Below are positions 40,752 through 60,968 of a stretch of DNA of 64,000 nucleotides, one piece after another. The position numbers were made by a program, and so were the translations under genes. Positions within the stretch are counted from its first letter, which is position 1. Every line of letters begins with the position of its first letter. The stretch comes from the human T2T-CHM13v2.0 reference genome, Homo sapiens. The stretch is taken from assembly GCF_009914755.1 (NCBI RefSeq), contig NC_060937.1. One strand, written 5' to 3'. The notes under the pieces were generated by a model. That model was not told where the DNA came from, ran no database searches, and saw only the letters and a list, made by a program, of their open reading frames with translations.

Positions 40752-40975
40752 TCAAATTTAAAGGTTGATAAAGGGGGTGATTTATCACTGAAGTCTCTCC
40801 GCTGCTTCAGTGGTCTGGGGTGAGACGTGCCTACGAGCCAATGTGTCCATAAGCCGATGTGTCCCAGCAGGTGTCACCTGCACCCCGTGGGAAAAGAGCA
40901 CATTTCTGGGGGGCTTTCTCTCTAAGCCCATGCTCGCTTCAGGTGTCAGTGTTGGCTTGCGCCCCCTGAGCACAC

Positions 40976-41463
40976 GCAGGTCTGGACGGGGTCGCGGGTC
41001 TGGACAGGGTCGTGGGTCTGGATGGGGTCGCAGGTCTGGATGGGGTCACGGGTCTGGACGGGGTCGCAGGTCTGGACGGGGTCGCAGGTCTGGACGGGGT
41101 CGCACAGCTTTGGACCGGGTCGAGGGTCTGGACGGGGTCGCGGGTCTGGACGGGGTCACGGGTCTGGACGGGGTCGCAGGTCTGGACGGGGTCGCAGGTC
41201 TGGACGGGGTCGCACAGCTTTGGACCGGGTCGAGGGTCTGGATGGGGTCACGGGTCTGGACGGGGTCGCAGGTCTGGACGGGGTCGCAGGTCTGGATGGG
41301 GTCGCACAGCTTTGGACCGGGTCGCGGGTCTGGACGGGGTCGCGGGTCTGGACGGGGTTGCACAGGTCTGGATGGGGTCGCACAGGTCTGGACGGGGTCG
41401 CGAAGGTCTGGACAGGGTCGTGGGTCTGGACAGGGTCGCAGGTCTGGACGGGGTTGCGCAGGT
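40976..41463. repeat. 18-bp G-rich minisatellite (ggtctggacggggtcgca), about 26 units with variant units
   Basis: Period 18; variant cgcacagctttggaccgg at 41101, 41211 and 41303. Confidence 0.95.
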
Positions 41464-44430
41464 TTTGAGATGGGCATTTCCTCCCCCAGCATCTCAGGGT
41501 GTTCTTGGCAGCCCCTACCCCAGGACAAACCTAGTTTCCTGTGTTCCTGGTGTTTGTTTTACAAAAGCCTAAGCAGCAGGAACATTTGCAGACTCTGCTG
41601 AGAGGGCGAAAGGGGAGGCAGGCATGCAATGTAGGCAGAAGCTGGGAGGGGCTGGACAAAGCTTCTCAGACTTCAGAGTTGGGACCGGAGGGCAAGAGAA
41701 GGGCCCAGCTGCCAGGACGTGGTAGCTTCACAGAGGGCAGGGCCTCAGGACACTGGCCACTGCTGCCACATCCCGGGCACAGGGAGACAGCCCAAGGACA
41801 GACAGACGGGTCCCACGGGCCTGTGGGTGGGTGGCATACAGAAAGTGAGCCAGCTGCAGAAGCCAGAGAGCACTTCCTACCCAGCCGAACGGCGGCCAAG
41901 ACCCCGCTGCTCACCAAGACGTGGCCTTGTGAGTCGGTCCTGGACGCCGGGGCTGACTAGCATGACGGTTTGCAAGGGAGGAAATGGTGGCCCTGGAGGT
42001 CCAGTTGTTCACTCAAGGCTGCTCAACAGGACAGTGACATTCACAGAGAAAGCCCTGTAATAGGGCTGCCCACCTTTCACACACTGAAAGCTGACTTGAG
42101 AGGCTGTTTTCTTCACTGTATTGATGGACAGCTTTGAGTTGGTGTTGGTCATGGCCATCTTCCCTCAACACTTTAATTGAAATGTGAAGTTACAGAATAA
42201 GAGGTCAAAGGCACCCTGGGGACTGCATGGGCACCTCATCCATGGGTAAGGCTCTGGGCCGGGGTTCACATCCTGAAAACCTGCGTTCAGGAGTCTGTTT
42301 CTCACTCGAGGGGACTTTGGTGTCTCCAGAGATGTTCACTGCGCTTTGTTCTCAGAAGGGCTGCTCTGAATCTCACGAAGGGAGTGAAGGGTCAAGGCAT
42401 GTGAATGGCAGTGAGAGCCCCCTACGTGGACAGGGCCTTCTGTCCACAGAGTGGCAGAGAAGAGTTTGTTCCTGGAAGAGCTCCACCCCTGGAGCTGCAA
42501 GGCTGGGGCCCAGGCGCGCTACAGCTACAAGCTTCATCACAGCTCCCTCTGCTTAGGCTGTCACTGGCTCACGGTCACACAACCAGGAAGGAGTGTCAAG
42601 CACCCACCACGTAGCGCCCACTCCACGTCCCTCCTATCCTGCCCTCGGTTTCAGAGGCTCAGTTGCAGACCACAGAATCCCCACCAGCAGGTGGAAGCAG
42701 ATTGAGTTTTACTCAGAGATAAAGACCGATGGTCTCCCCATCTGGGCTGAGAGCCGGTGGACGTCACTGCCAGGGATGATGCGGCAGGAGAGGTGCCCAA
42801 GCACGAGCAACACTGGCACTGGGCCCCAGGAGCTTCTCTACAGTCCACACAATGTCTAAAGGCTTTCCCGAAGGCCCAGGCCACTCCCGTGTGGCTGCAC
42901 CTCTCGTTGGCCAATTCTGCCCCCCAGCTTCATGCAGATAAAGCAGTGTGTGGAACCCAGGTCGCAGGTGAAGGCCCAGCTGTGAGGGCCTCTGGCAAAG
43001 GGTGATCATACTGCCTGGGCTTTGTGGTGCAGAGGGGATCTGAGGACAGGCAGACTGGGTTTGGATTGATTCGATATGCCAGCCTGCCTGGAACTGTTAG
43101 AAGAAAAACTTTGGACTTCGTTCTACATTCAAAACAAGGTGGATGAGGGGGAAACATCCAGGGCCCCAGTGTGGTGTTATGCAGAATCCATGTGGTGCGG
43201 TTCTACTCTGTTTGTGGAGAGAGCATGTGTGTGTTTGCAGAGGGCTTGTAGGGCTACTCTGCCTCCCTGCCCGAGCTGACCCCAGGACAAGTAATCTGGG
43301 GAGTGGTCCCAGAGACACTGCCAGTGAGGCTGGAGAGGGCCCCGGTGTGGCATAGGTTCCCCGGGTGTGGGGGCTGAGCCTCTTCCCCTCCCGGCAGTCC
43401 TGGTGCCAGGCTCCACAAGGCAAAGATGCTCCGCGTGCCTGTGGGTGGTCCCGCAATGAGCTCTGTGGCTGCCAGATGCACCTCCCCTCCAAGGCCTCTG
43501 CTGCCTCCCAGTGGCTCACTTTGTTTGTGGCACTGCAAACCGAATCCTGTTAAAAAGCATAGTTAGAAGGCAGCACCATGCTCCTCACTCTTGAAAGCCG
43601 GCGGGTGGACCAAGTCTCTACCTTGAAATCCCAGTCACCGTGCTCAAAATTAACAAGTTGTCCAGTGACCTGATTCTGGGATTGCCACGCTGAGAGGTCG
43701 CGTTGTCTTCAAGCAAATACAAGAAAGCAAGTCTCAAGGAAAGCAGGTTTTGTTTCTAGAACATCAGAGGGACCCAAGCATGTACCACATTAGGCTTTTT
43801 AAACCCACATTCTACCCAGGGCTAGGTCAGCGAAGAAGGGCTTTCAATACTGAGGAAGCTCTCGGCTCCTCATTAGTCACTGAGATGACATTGTAACCAT
43901 GGGAAGTCTGGGCCTTACCTCACTGCGTCCATCCCTGCCCAGTTACACCCCACTCCCACACTGCAAGCGGGGGCTTTAAACTGTAAATCTGTCAATGTCA
44001 TTCCCTGAGATGACATAGGGGCCAACCTTGGGTCGTGTGAGCAACAAGATGCACAATGGCCGTGCTGATTGCAAACTGTAGAATAAAATAAATGCATGCA
44101 AGCTCACACTGCTGTCGTCACTGACCATGTCAACACGCAAACGGGGAAGAAGGACCCACTGCTCTTCCCTGCAGGAGAACCTCGATGGATAAATGCCAGA
44201 GGAAAGGGGGAAACAGAAAATCACCACGAGGCAAAGTCCACGGAACTGATTGCCGCTGACAAGACCCCCATGGATGCCAAAATCAGAGAAGTTCCAGGAG
44301 AATCAGGATTTGGTCTCCCAGTGTCTCCAGGACGATTATCCCCTACAGAGGAAGGACGGCAATTTGACCAGGAGACTCGGCAGACACCACCTGGACCTGT
44401 AGTTGGACACATCAGCTCAGGAGCCACTGA

Positions 44431-44825
<395 letters not shown>

Positions 44826-45259
44826 CTGGGTTTAATATCTGTGTCGTGGCCATGCTGGACACGGATATGAGGGAAGCCAGGGAGGATTATGTGGGAACTC
44901 TGGGTACTATTTCTGCAACTTTTTAGTAAGTCTCAAATTCATTCAAAACAAAAAGTTAAAAACAACAACAACAAAGAGCCATCCACTTGCCCCAAACTCT
45001 TCCTCAGCTCCCACTCACTCTGAAGATAAATTTCAGAGTCCTCCATCAAACTTAAAGAACTTCTCGCCAATTCCCTCCGGTCCACACGACCCCAGCTGTC
45101 TCTCTCCACTCATCCCTGAGATCTTAAATCCACGACACTTTCTTGGATCAACTTTCCCGACAACAACATTGCGAGGTCTCTCTCTGTGGCATTTTTGTAG
45201 CTCCTAACACCTCCTCCGCAGCACTTACCACGTCTGCAGTTAACTCAGAGCCTGAGAGA

Positions 45260-47010
45260 TCCACCCCTCAGATCATCCGCAAAGACCCACAAGTGCTTCC
45301 CTCGGCCCCACAGACCCTTTCCACAGACCGAGAGACACTTCCCACAGACCCCCCCAACATATCCACAGACCCGAAGCCGTCCCCTCAGACCCACAGACCC
45401 TTCCCACAGACTCGGAGACCTTCCCCTCAGACCCATAACCTCCCCACCCCACAGACCTTCCCCACAGACCCACGGACTATCCCTACCTTCAGACCCTCCC
45501 CTCAGACCCGCAGACCCTCCCCAACCCACAGCCACTTCCCATAGATCCACAGACCCTCCCCTCCCTTCAAACCCTCCTCTTCCTTCAGATGCTCCCCTCA
45601 AACTATCCTCAGGCCCTCCCTTCATACCCACAGACCTTTCTGTCAGACCCTCCTCTCAGACCCACGGACCCTCCCGTCAGACCTGCAGCCGCTCCCCTCG
45701 AGCCTCAGACCATCCCCTCAGATGAAGGGACCCTCCCAACAGACCCCCAGATACACCCCTCAGACCCTCCCCTCGGGCCCTCAGCCCCTCTTCTCCAAAC
45801 CCCACACCCTCCACTCAAACCCACAGACCCGCCCCTCAGACCCATGGACCCTCCTTTCAGACCCACACACCTTCCCATCAGATCCTCACACCCTCAGACC
45901 CTCCCCTCGGACGCTCAGACCCTCTTCTCAGGCCCTCGTAACCTCTCCTCAGACCCATAGACTCTCTGCTCAGAGCCTTGGACCCTCTTCTTAGACCCTC
46001 AAACCCCACACTCAGACCCTGAGACCCTCCTCTCAGAACACAGACCCGCCCCTCAGACCCTCCCCTTCCTCTCAGACCCGCAGACTCTCTCCCCTCAGAC
46101 CCACAGATGCTCCGCTCAGACCCACAGATGCTCCGCTCAGACCCTCAGACACTCCCCTCAGACCCACAGACCCTCCCCTCAGACCCACAGACCGTCCCCT
46201 CAGACACACAGACCCTCCTCTCAGAACACAGACCCGCCCCTCAGACCCTCCCCTTCCTCTCAGACCCGCAGACTCTCTCCCCTCAGACCCACAGATGCTC
46301 CGCTCAGACCCACAGATGCTCCGCTCAGACCCTCAGACACTCCCCTCAGACCCACAGACCCTCCCCTCAGACCCACAGACCGTCCCCTCAGACACACAGA
46401 CCCTCCTCTCAGAACACAGACCCGCCCCTCAGACCCTCCCCTTCCTCTCAGACCCGCAGACTCTCTCCCCTCAGACCCACAGATGCTCCGCTCAGACCCT
46501 CAGACCCTCCTCACAGACCCTCCGACCCTCCCCTCTGACATTCCCCTCAGACCTATAGACCCTCCTCTCCAACCCTCGTACCCTCAGACCCTCGGCTCAG
46601 ACCCACAGATCCTCTTCTACACCCTCAGAGCCTCCGCTCACACCCTCAGACTCTCCCTTCAGACCCTCAATCTTCCTCTCAGACCCAACGACCCTCCTCC
46701 CAGACCCTCAGACCGCCCCCCTCAGACCCTCAGACCCTGAGACCCTTCCCTCAGACCCTCCCAAGACACCCGCAGACCCTCCCCTCAGATGCTCCCCTCA
46801 GACCCTTGGACGCTCCTCTCAGACCCACAGACCGTCCCCTCAGACACACAGAGCCTCCCCTCAGACGCAGAGACCCTCCTCTCAGACCCCCCAACCCTTC
46901 CCTCAGACCCTCAGACCTTCTTCTCAGACCCTCAGTCTGTCCTCTCAGACCCTCCCCTCAGACCCTCAGACCGTCCCCTCACACTTTCCCCTCAGACCCT
47001 CATACTCAGG
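45260..47010. repeat. About 1.75-kb C-rich (cctcagaccc) satellite-like array with an internal 188-bp tandem block (about 46020-46510)
   Basis: cagaccc/cctcaga recurs throughout. Identical ORF starts at 46107, 46295 and 46483 give a 188-nt period. Confidence 0.92.
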
Positions 47011-48386
47011 TGGGCAGAGCTTCTGCCAGTGTAGATCATGGTGCCGTCTTCCCGCGCGGCACTGCTGTCGTCCTGGTCTTCCGAGGGCGTCTTTCTGTCC
47101 GTGGCTTTCCGGCAGGGCCCTCACCTCTTCCGGTGCGCACTGCTCAGCCCTTCGCGGCTCAGGCCTGACTGAAAGCACCCGTGGTCCCTGAGCCTCGTGT
47201 GCGCTTGTCAGCAGAGCCTGTTTTGTCCTCAGTCTGTCTGGTCTGAGCTGGCGTGGACATTTGCTCTCTGGGTGCATCACAGAGACCTGCAGGGCCCTGG
47301 CGCTCAGAAGCCAGCGTGAGGTTCTAGGTCTGGGGCCGGGGCGGGCGACAGCGGGGCTCGGAGCCACCGCCACAGCCCTGCCCGACGTAGGTAATTCACC
47401 CCTTTAATAACCAGAAGACGGAAAGAAGGAAAAGGTGCAGGCCAGAGGGAACCCGAATTCCCTGTTGAGTGCGACTTTCTTTCTTTTTGCGGTCCGGTTT
47501 CTGGTCAGTGTCCTGAGGACATTATGCCATGCAGGGCGGTTCCGAATTGCCTGGGCCCAGCCTGGTGTTGCCACGGTCCCCACCCCACTCTGCAGCCCTG
47601 TCTGATCCTGACCCAGTTTTCTTGCCCACCCCTGAGGCTCAAACACTGTGATTTGAGCTCAGACAAGGTGAGTCTCAGGTTTTGAGTGAGAATGTTTCTT
47701 TTAAACGTTGGTTTGATAATTTTCTATAAAAGGCTGAACCCTGAATTGTTTCTTTTTCAGCCTGTACCAAAACGTCAGGTGGTCTCCTCCGGCCGTGCCT
47801 ATCACCACCAGCCTGTGTCTCCCTGTGAAATATGGTCTGGTTCCATCATGGATTTATTTTCCCGCCTCCCAGTAGGACAGATCTCAGCTCTTTAGGCCGA
47901 CAACCCCTGACAGCAACTCAGCCACCTCCTGCCCTCACCCTTGGAGCCCTGTCTACTGATGGCTCACTTGGAGCCTGGCTTGGGGTGACCTCTGTGCCAG
48001 GGTGTGCGGTCATTTCCCTGGATTCTTGTTAGAGTCCTCATCTGCCCAAGGAGATGATGACCCTGAGCTACTAAGAACAGGCTTCCTTCATGTCAGGACA
48101 CAGAGACAAACATGCGCACCACGTAAGGGAAGGGAAGATGGTAAAGAGAAATTGGTGAACAAATGCCGCGGCCAGGCAGGTGGCGCGAATGAGCTGAGTG
48201 TGGCATCAGAGGGGTGGGAACTTGGTGCCGCTCAGCCTTGGCAGGCAGCTGCTAAGTAGGAATGCACAAACACTGGCCAGATCATCTGATTTTTAAAAAG
48301 CCAGAAATATGGACTTCTGTATAAAATTTTGTGATTTTTAAATGTTGGCAATGTTCTTTGCTTTTTTTCTTTTTAATCCTGGGTAG

Positions 48387-48736
<350 letters not shown>

Positions 48737-49419
48737 CCATGTTCTCTAGATTTTTAAAACTAAGATTTTGTTTTATATATTTATATGGAAATACAGAAAA
48801 ATGCCAGAAAAAGTGCCTATAATTTTCACTGTTAACAAAATTATATAAAGTAAGAAGTAAAAGTAGCTGTAAGATCCCCTTCACTTCTCCGGTTTGCTGA
48901 CGTGTGGTAGAGGAGAGGCCATACAGGTGAAGGTCTGTATGCGGCGGTCAGGTGAGCCCTGGAAGTGGGCAGGATTTGGAAGGACTGACAATGAGGAGAG
49001 CTTGCCCTCAGGTAGGAAGACAGGGTTGATCCTTATCTTTGTTTCAGTGGCAGCTGCACTCTTGCATGCATGGTCCAGTTCTATCTCCTGTCTTATATGT
49101 CCATGGAACATAACAAATCCTAGTGTAACCACAGCCCTACCCAAGAACATGATGAGACACAACTCCCTAAGTTTTCCCCCCGAAAGTAACCAAAGAACTA
49201 CTCTGACTTTGACACTTGTTATCCTTTCTAGCTTGTCTCTTTTCTTATATACATACATATATACATAAATATATATATATATATATATATATATTATGCA
49301 TACATGAGTTTTGTCTTTTTGTTTTTAAACTTTATAAGAAGGATATGATATATGTGGGCGTTAGGGACATTTTACTTCATTCATTCTCACTTGTTACCCT
49401 ATTGTGGGAATACTCCTCA

Positions 49420-51444
49420 CTTTGCTTATCTGGTGTCCTACAGTTGAACATTTGAGCTGCCTTCTGCTTTTTTGTTAGCGTAAACATTGATGCTGAGCAT
49501 GATCCCTGGGACAGGTCCTGAATGTGGAATTGTTGGGTAGCAGGGTGTGCAAATATTCAACCTAATAGGATTGTGCCAAATTATTTTCAAAAGTGGCTGT
49601 ATCAACTCACACTCCTACTGGCCATGTGTAAGAGATGTAATTGGCCCACAGCCTTCCCAGTATTTGCTATTGTCAGACTTCTTAAAGTTTGCCTGTCATA
49701 TGGGCATAAAATGATTTCTGATTGTGGTCTTGATCTGTAGCTCCCTGATAATTAATGAGACCAAGAATCTTTTCATGTGTATACATATTGGCCCATCGAC
49801 AACACTGACTCTTCTGAGCCGTGAACAGCATATACCTTTATGTATTTAGTTCTTCTGTCTTTCAGTTGTATTTTATAGTATTGTGTTGTACGCATTTTTC
49901 ATTAGAGTTGTTCCTTGTATTTCATATTTTGTTCTATTGTTAAATTGGATATTGGTTTGATTTCTTTTGGATTGGTTTCTTACTGTTTATTGCTGTATTG
50001 TATATGTATAGAAAGGTGCAAATATCACAAGTTTACAGCTTGATGAATTTTCATTGGACTCACCTATTTAACCTAGACCCAGATGAATAAAACACAGCTT
50101 CCCCAGCACCCTAAGACCCCCTGTGTTCTCTTCCATTTATTTCCACTCCTACTCCCACCTTCCAACCAGCAGCCTCTGTCCCAACTAGATTCATTTTGCT
50201 TGTTTGGTACTTTATAATCATGGATCCACACAAAATGTAGTCTTTTGTGTCTTGCTACTCTTGCTGAAAACAGTATTTATGAGGAACTTTACCCCATTAC
50301 TGCCTGTAGTTGTGGACAGTTCATTCCATTGTGTGATTCTATCGGAATTTGTCCTGTTGTCAGGGAGCACTGTGACAGGTCCCAGTTTGGAACAATTACA
50401 CACAGTGCTGCCTATAGACACTCTAGAAGATGTCTTTTGATAGACAAATGCATTGATTTCTCTTGGATATATTCCTGGGAGTGGAATTGCTGGACCATGG
50501 AGTAGTTGTATGTTTGACTTCGTTAGGGAATGTAAGTCAGTTTTTCAAAAGAATTTTAACATTTAACACTCCCACCACCAATATATGACAGTTCCACTTA
50601 TGTCACGTTCTTTGCCAACACTTGATGTTGTCAATCCCTTACCTTTTAGCCATTCAGATAGGTATGAAATGGTATTTGCCTATGTTTTTAATTTGTATTT
50701 TCTGATTACTAAAGAGGCTGAGAACATTTTCACATGTTTCTTGGCCATTTGGATTTCTTCTTTACTATAGCTCAAGTCTTTTTGACAATCTTATAACTGA
50801 GTTATTTTTCTTTTATTTATTAACTTGTAGTTCTTAATTGTTCTGGATATTTCTTTGTTAGATATTTGCGTTGTAAATATTTCCCTAGTCTATTAATATT
50901 TTTTAAACTTGCTTTTGATGAGCAAGAGTTTTAAATCTTGAAAAAGTCCAAGTTATACATTTTTTCTTTTATACTTGGTGCTATTTTTGCTCTGTTTAAA
51001 AAATTCTTGCCTATCCTAAGGTCCTGTTTTCTTCAAAATATCTAATTTTTGCTTTCATAAAGCTAAAATTAATGTAATGTCATACAGTTTAATTTGGGGG
51101 GTTTGGTGTGAGGTAGAGATCAAAGTTCATTTTTTTTTTTTCCATATGAGATCCAGCTGATCCAGCACCATTTATTGAAAAGACTTTTCTTTTCCCATGA
51201 ATGGTATTGATGCCTTTGTTGAAAATCAAGTAAATATAATATGTGAGTCTATTTTGGGATTTTCTATTCTGTGTCATTGGTCTCTTTAGCTATATTTATT
51301 TATCTGTATGCCATCACTACACTGTCTTAATGTGGCATTGAAATCTGGTAGTATAAATCCTTCAACATTATTGTTCTTCAAGATTGTCTTGGAATTACTG
51401 GGTCTGTTGGTATTCTACATAAAATTTCAAGTTGGGTTGTCACT

Positions 51445-51445
<1 letters not shown>
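49420..51445 (-). mobile_element. Old antisense L1M fragments, continuing at about 55845-56370
   Basis: tggaattgctggaccatgg, ccagcaccatttattgaaaagac and ttcttcaagattgtcttgg; resumes as ttgtcaacttctac...gattgggattgcattg. Confidence 0.7.
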
Positions 51446-55840
<4,395 letters not shown>

Positions 55841-56764
55841 ATGAATTGTCAACTTCTACTGAAAAAAAATAAAAAAAGCTGAGATTCTGATTGGGATTGC
55901 ATTGGATCCATAGGTTAGTTTGGGGAGAAGGGCTATCTTAACACTATTGCGTCTTCTAATCCACAGATATGTTGTATCTCCAATATTTTTGGTCTACTTT
56001 AGATTTGTAAAGCAATATTTTGTATTTTTTCAAAATAACTTTTACACATCTAAATTAATTCCTAATTAGTTGCTATTTTTCATGCCATCATAAATATTCT
56101 TAAATGACATGAAAATATTTTTAAAATATATTGTCCAATAGTTTGCTGGTATATAGAAATGTAAGTGATGTTATTTTGCATTGAACTTGTATTTAGAGAG
56201 TCTTGTAACTTTACTGATTAACTTTGAGTCCTTGGTGCTCCAGATCTGCAATCATCATCTGAGAATAAAAAGAATTTTACCTCTTCCTATTCAATATTTG
56301 TGCCTTTTTATTTCTTTTTCTTGTCTTGTTGCACTGGTTAGGACTTTCTGTTTCATTTGAATAGAAATGGGATTTTTCTCTTAATTATATTGCGAATTTC
56401 AAAACACAGAGAGATTGAACAAATAGTAAAATACACAATCATACATTAAGCAGTTTTTAAAAATCATTTTGCCATATTCGTTCTCTCTCTTCCCCTTCTG
56501 TCTCTCTCTCCCATATGAAAGTACATACACAAAAATACACACTTTTATCTGAACCACTTACAAATAAATAGTCAAAATAATGACACTTAGTATCTAAATT
56601 CATCACTGTGCACCTTTTCTAAGAATAAAAATAATCTCCCAAACTACCAAAATGCCATTATCACATTTAGCAAAATAATAATTTTTTCCTTCTTTTACCT
56701 AATATTTGGACTATGTAAGGTCTTTCCCCATTGTCCTCAAAATATCCTTTATAGCTTTTTTAGA

Positions 56765-57410
56765 AATAGTTTTATTGAGATAAAATTTACATACTATGCA
56801 ATTCACCCACTTACAGTACATGATGGTATCTTTGTATATTATTAATTTTTTAAATTAAATTAATAATTTAAAAATTCAGAACCAGTTCACTGTTCTGAAC
56901 TGGGGTATATTAATAATTTTTTAAAACTATGGTGTGTATATATATATATATATGTGTGTGTGTATGTATATCTTGCCATTTTAACCATTTCAAGTGTAAA
57001 ATTCAGTGGTATTAATTACATTCACAGTGTTACTAATTACTTCCAACATTTTTCATCACCCCTAACAGTGCTTTGTAATCATTGAGGAGTAACCACCTAC
57101 CCACAGTCACTGGTAACTGCTAATTTACTTTTTGTCTCTATGAATTTACCTATTCTGGATATTTCATATAAGTGGAATCACACCATATTTGTCCTTTTGT
57201 GTCTGACTTACTTTACTTAGCATGATGTTTTAATGGTTCACCCATGTTACAGCATATATCAGAATTTCATTCCTTTATATGGCTGAATAATAATCCATTA
57301 CTGGCACATGCTATGTTTTGTTTATCCATTTGTCTGTTGATGGGCACTTAGGGTCTTTCCATCTTTTGACTATTGTGATTAATGCTGCAGTGAACATTGG
57401 CATACCATGT
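56765..57410 (-). mobile_element. L1M 3'-end fragments, AT-rich
   Basis: ttctggatatttcatataagtggaatca ... ttcattcctttatatggctgaataa ... gctgcagtgaacatt. Confidence 0.75.
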
Positions 57411-57444
57411 CAAACATACATGCTTGTGTGTGTATATGTGTATA

Positions 57445-57783
57445 TAGTTGTTCCTTAGTATCCATGAGGGATTGGTTCCAGGATCCTCTGTGATACCAAA
57501 ATCCATGGATGCTAAAGTCCCTTTTTAAAAATGGCATAGTATTTGCATATAACCCAAACACACCCTCCTGTGTATTTTAAATCATCTGTAGATTACTTAT
57601 AATACATAATGTAATGTAAATGCTATAAAAATAGTTATTAGACTGTATTTAGGGAATAATGACAAGAAGAAAAAGTCTGTACATGTTCAGTACAGAGGCA
57701 ACCTTTGTAGGTCTAAATAAATTTTTAATACAAGGTTGGTTGAATCCATGGATGTGGAATCCGCAGATACAAAGGGCCGACTG
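57445..57783 (+). mobile_element. MER2 (TcMar-Tigger MITE)
   Basis: ccttagtatccatgaggggattggttccagga ... ggttggttgaatccatggatgtggaatccgcagatacaaagggccgactg. Strand assignment tentative. Confidence 0.85.
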
Positions 57784-57884
57784 CATATTGTTCTATTAAT
57801 GTGATGTGTTACATTGATTATCTTATGTTGAACCATCTTTGCATTCATGGAATAAATCTCACTTGGTCATTGTGTGTAACAAGA

Positions 57885-59073
57885 TGAAAGATACAAGTCT
57901 ACAAATCCAAGAAGTTCATGAACTTCAGGTAGGATAAACTCAAAGAAACCCACACCAAGATACATAATCAAACTCAAAAGACAAAGAGAATTTTGAAAAC
58001 AGCAGGCGAAGTGATTTGTCACTTATAATGGATTTTCAGTAAGATTAATAGCCAATTTCTCATTAGAAATCATGGAAGTCCACTGCCTAGTGGAATGATA
58101 CATTTAAAGTGAAGGGGGAAAAAAAAAACAAACACTGCAAAAAAAGCCAAACCCTGCCAATCTGTAAATTCTATAGCTGGAAAAACTACCCTTCAAAAAC
58201 GAGGGAAATATTAAGACATCCCCCAGAAAAACAAAAGCTGAGGAGTTCATTACCACTAGACCTGCCCTGCAGGAAATGCTAAAGGACAGATCCTTCAAGG
58301 TTGAAATGGAAGGACACCAGATAGTAACTATATGAAGAAATAAATGTCTTTGGTAAATACATGGTAAGTACATGGGCAAGTAGAAAAGCCACTATTATTA
58401 TATTTTTGGTTTATAACTCCACTCTTTTATTTCCTACATGATTTAAAAGACAAATACACAAAAATAATTTTAAATCTATGTTACTGGGCAGAAAATGTAT
58501 AAAGATGTAAATGGATTAAACTCCTCAGTCAAAAGTTATAGACTGGCAAAATGAATAAAAAAACACATTTTATATGCTGTCCACAAAAGACTCACTTTAG
58601 ATCTAAGGACACTCATAGGTTGAAAGTGAAAGGATAAAACAAGATATTCATGCAAATAGTAATCAAAAGAGAGGAAGAGTGGCTATATTAATATCAGCAT
58701 AGATTTTGAGTCAAAAACTGTCATGAGTAACAAAGAAGGATATATATAAAAGGGACAACTTTTGAAAAGGTCAATTCACCAAGAAGATACAACAATCATA
58801 AATATATATGTACTAAATATCAGAGCTTCTAAATATACAAAGCAAACATTGACAGAATTTAAGGGAGAAACAGACAACTCTATAATAATAGTAGGAGACT
58901 TCAGTGCCCAACTGTAGATGTTGGATAGAACAACCAGACAGGAGATCAATAAAAAAAAAAGGACTTAAACAACACTATAGAGCACCTGGACCTAACAGGC
59001 ATACATAGAACATGCCACTAACAAACGGCAGGATACAATTTTTTCTCAAGTGCACCTGGAACATTCTCCAGGG
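57885..59073 (+). mobile_element. L1M ORF1 3' part, spacer and ORF2 endonuclease fragment
   Basis: aaagctgaggagttcattaccactagacctgccctgcaggaaatgctaaagga, ataatagtaggagacttca and ttctcaagtgcacctggaacattctccagg. Confidence 0.82.
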
Positions 59074-59244
59074 TACAGTCCCTGGAGACATTTCCTATAC
59101 CTTGTGAGATAGCAGTGCATTAAAGAATAAGTCTTACTCGGAGTTTATTTATTGCCATGCTTCCTAGTTACTCATCAACCCAGTAAGCAGGTCAATCCAT
59201 TGAAGAATTTTTTAAGCAAGAAGCAGCATGACCTAATTTATTTA

Positions 59245-59977
<733 letters not shown>

Positions 59978-60578
59978 TAATCTCCAATTTTAAAATATCA
60001 CTCTGCTGAATAGATAACAGATTAGATTATACAAGATTGGATGAAGGGAGTGATTTTTATAGTCCTCAATGGAGAGGATGCTATCTCGGCCAGGGTTGTA
60101 GCAGAGGAGGTAGAAAAACAGAGGAATTAAAGACATGTCAAGTTGGTAAGTGGTTGGAGTGAGGGCAAATGAAGTATTTGGCTTCTAGGTTTCTGTATGA
60201 AGGACTGGGTGGATGTCTTAGTCTGTTTGGGCTGCTTATAAACCACTGAAATTTATGTCTGATGAGGGTCTTGCTTGCTGGTTCATGGACAGCCATCTTT
60301 CTGCAGCATCCTCCCATACTGGAAGGGGCACAATGGTTCTTCTTGAGCCTCTTTTATCAGGCTTGCGCATTGCCGGCTGTTGCCCTCCAGGCAGCTCCTC
60401 GTGTTTAGAAAATGCACCTAAACACGGTGGGAGGCAGGTGCCCCCTGCCCCCTCCCACCGTTGAAGATGCACTATTACTTTGCTGCCATCCAGAGTGGGA
60501 AAGCTAGGGGCTGGAGGACGCACAGCCCTTGGAAAGCTCCCAGGCAGGACGTGAGTCTGGAGCACAGGGCTCTGATGA

Positions 60579-60968
<390 letters not shown>

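Noticed and set aside
40810-41601. RG/GLDGVA repeat ORFs up to 263 aa
   Set aside because: Product of the 18-bp minisatellite; frames shift at the +2 variant units.
45143-47034. Pro/Ser/Asp/Gln-rich (mucin-like) ORFs
   Set aside because: The C-rich array lacks stops because of its composition; the 188-bp period is not a multiple of 3.
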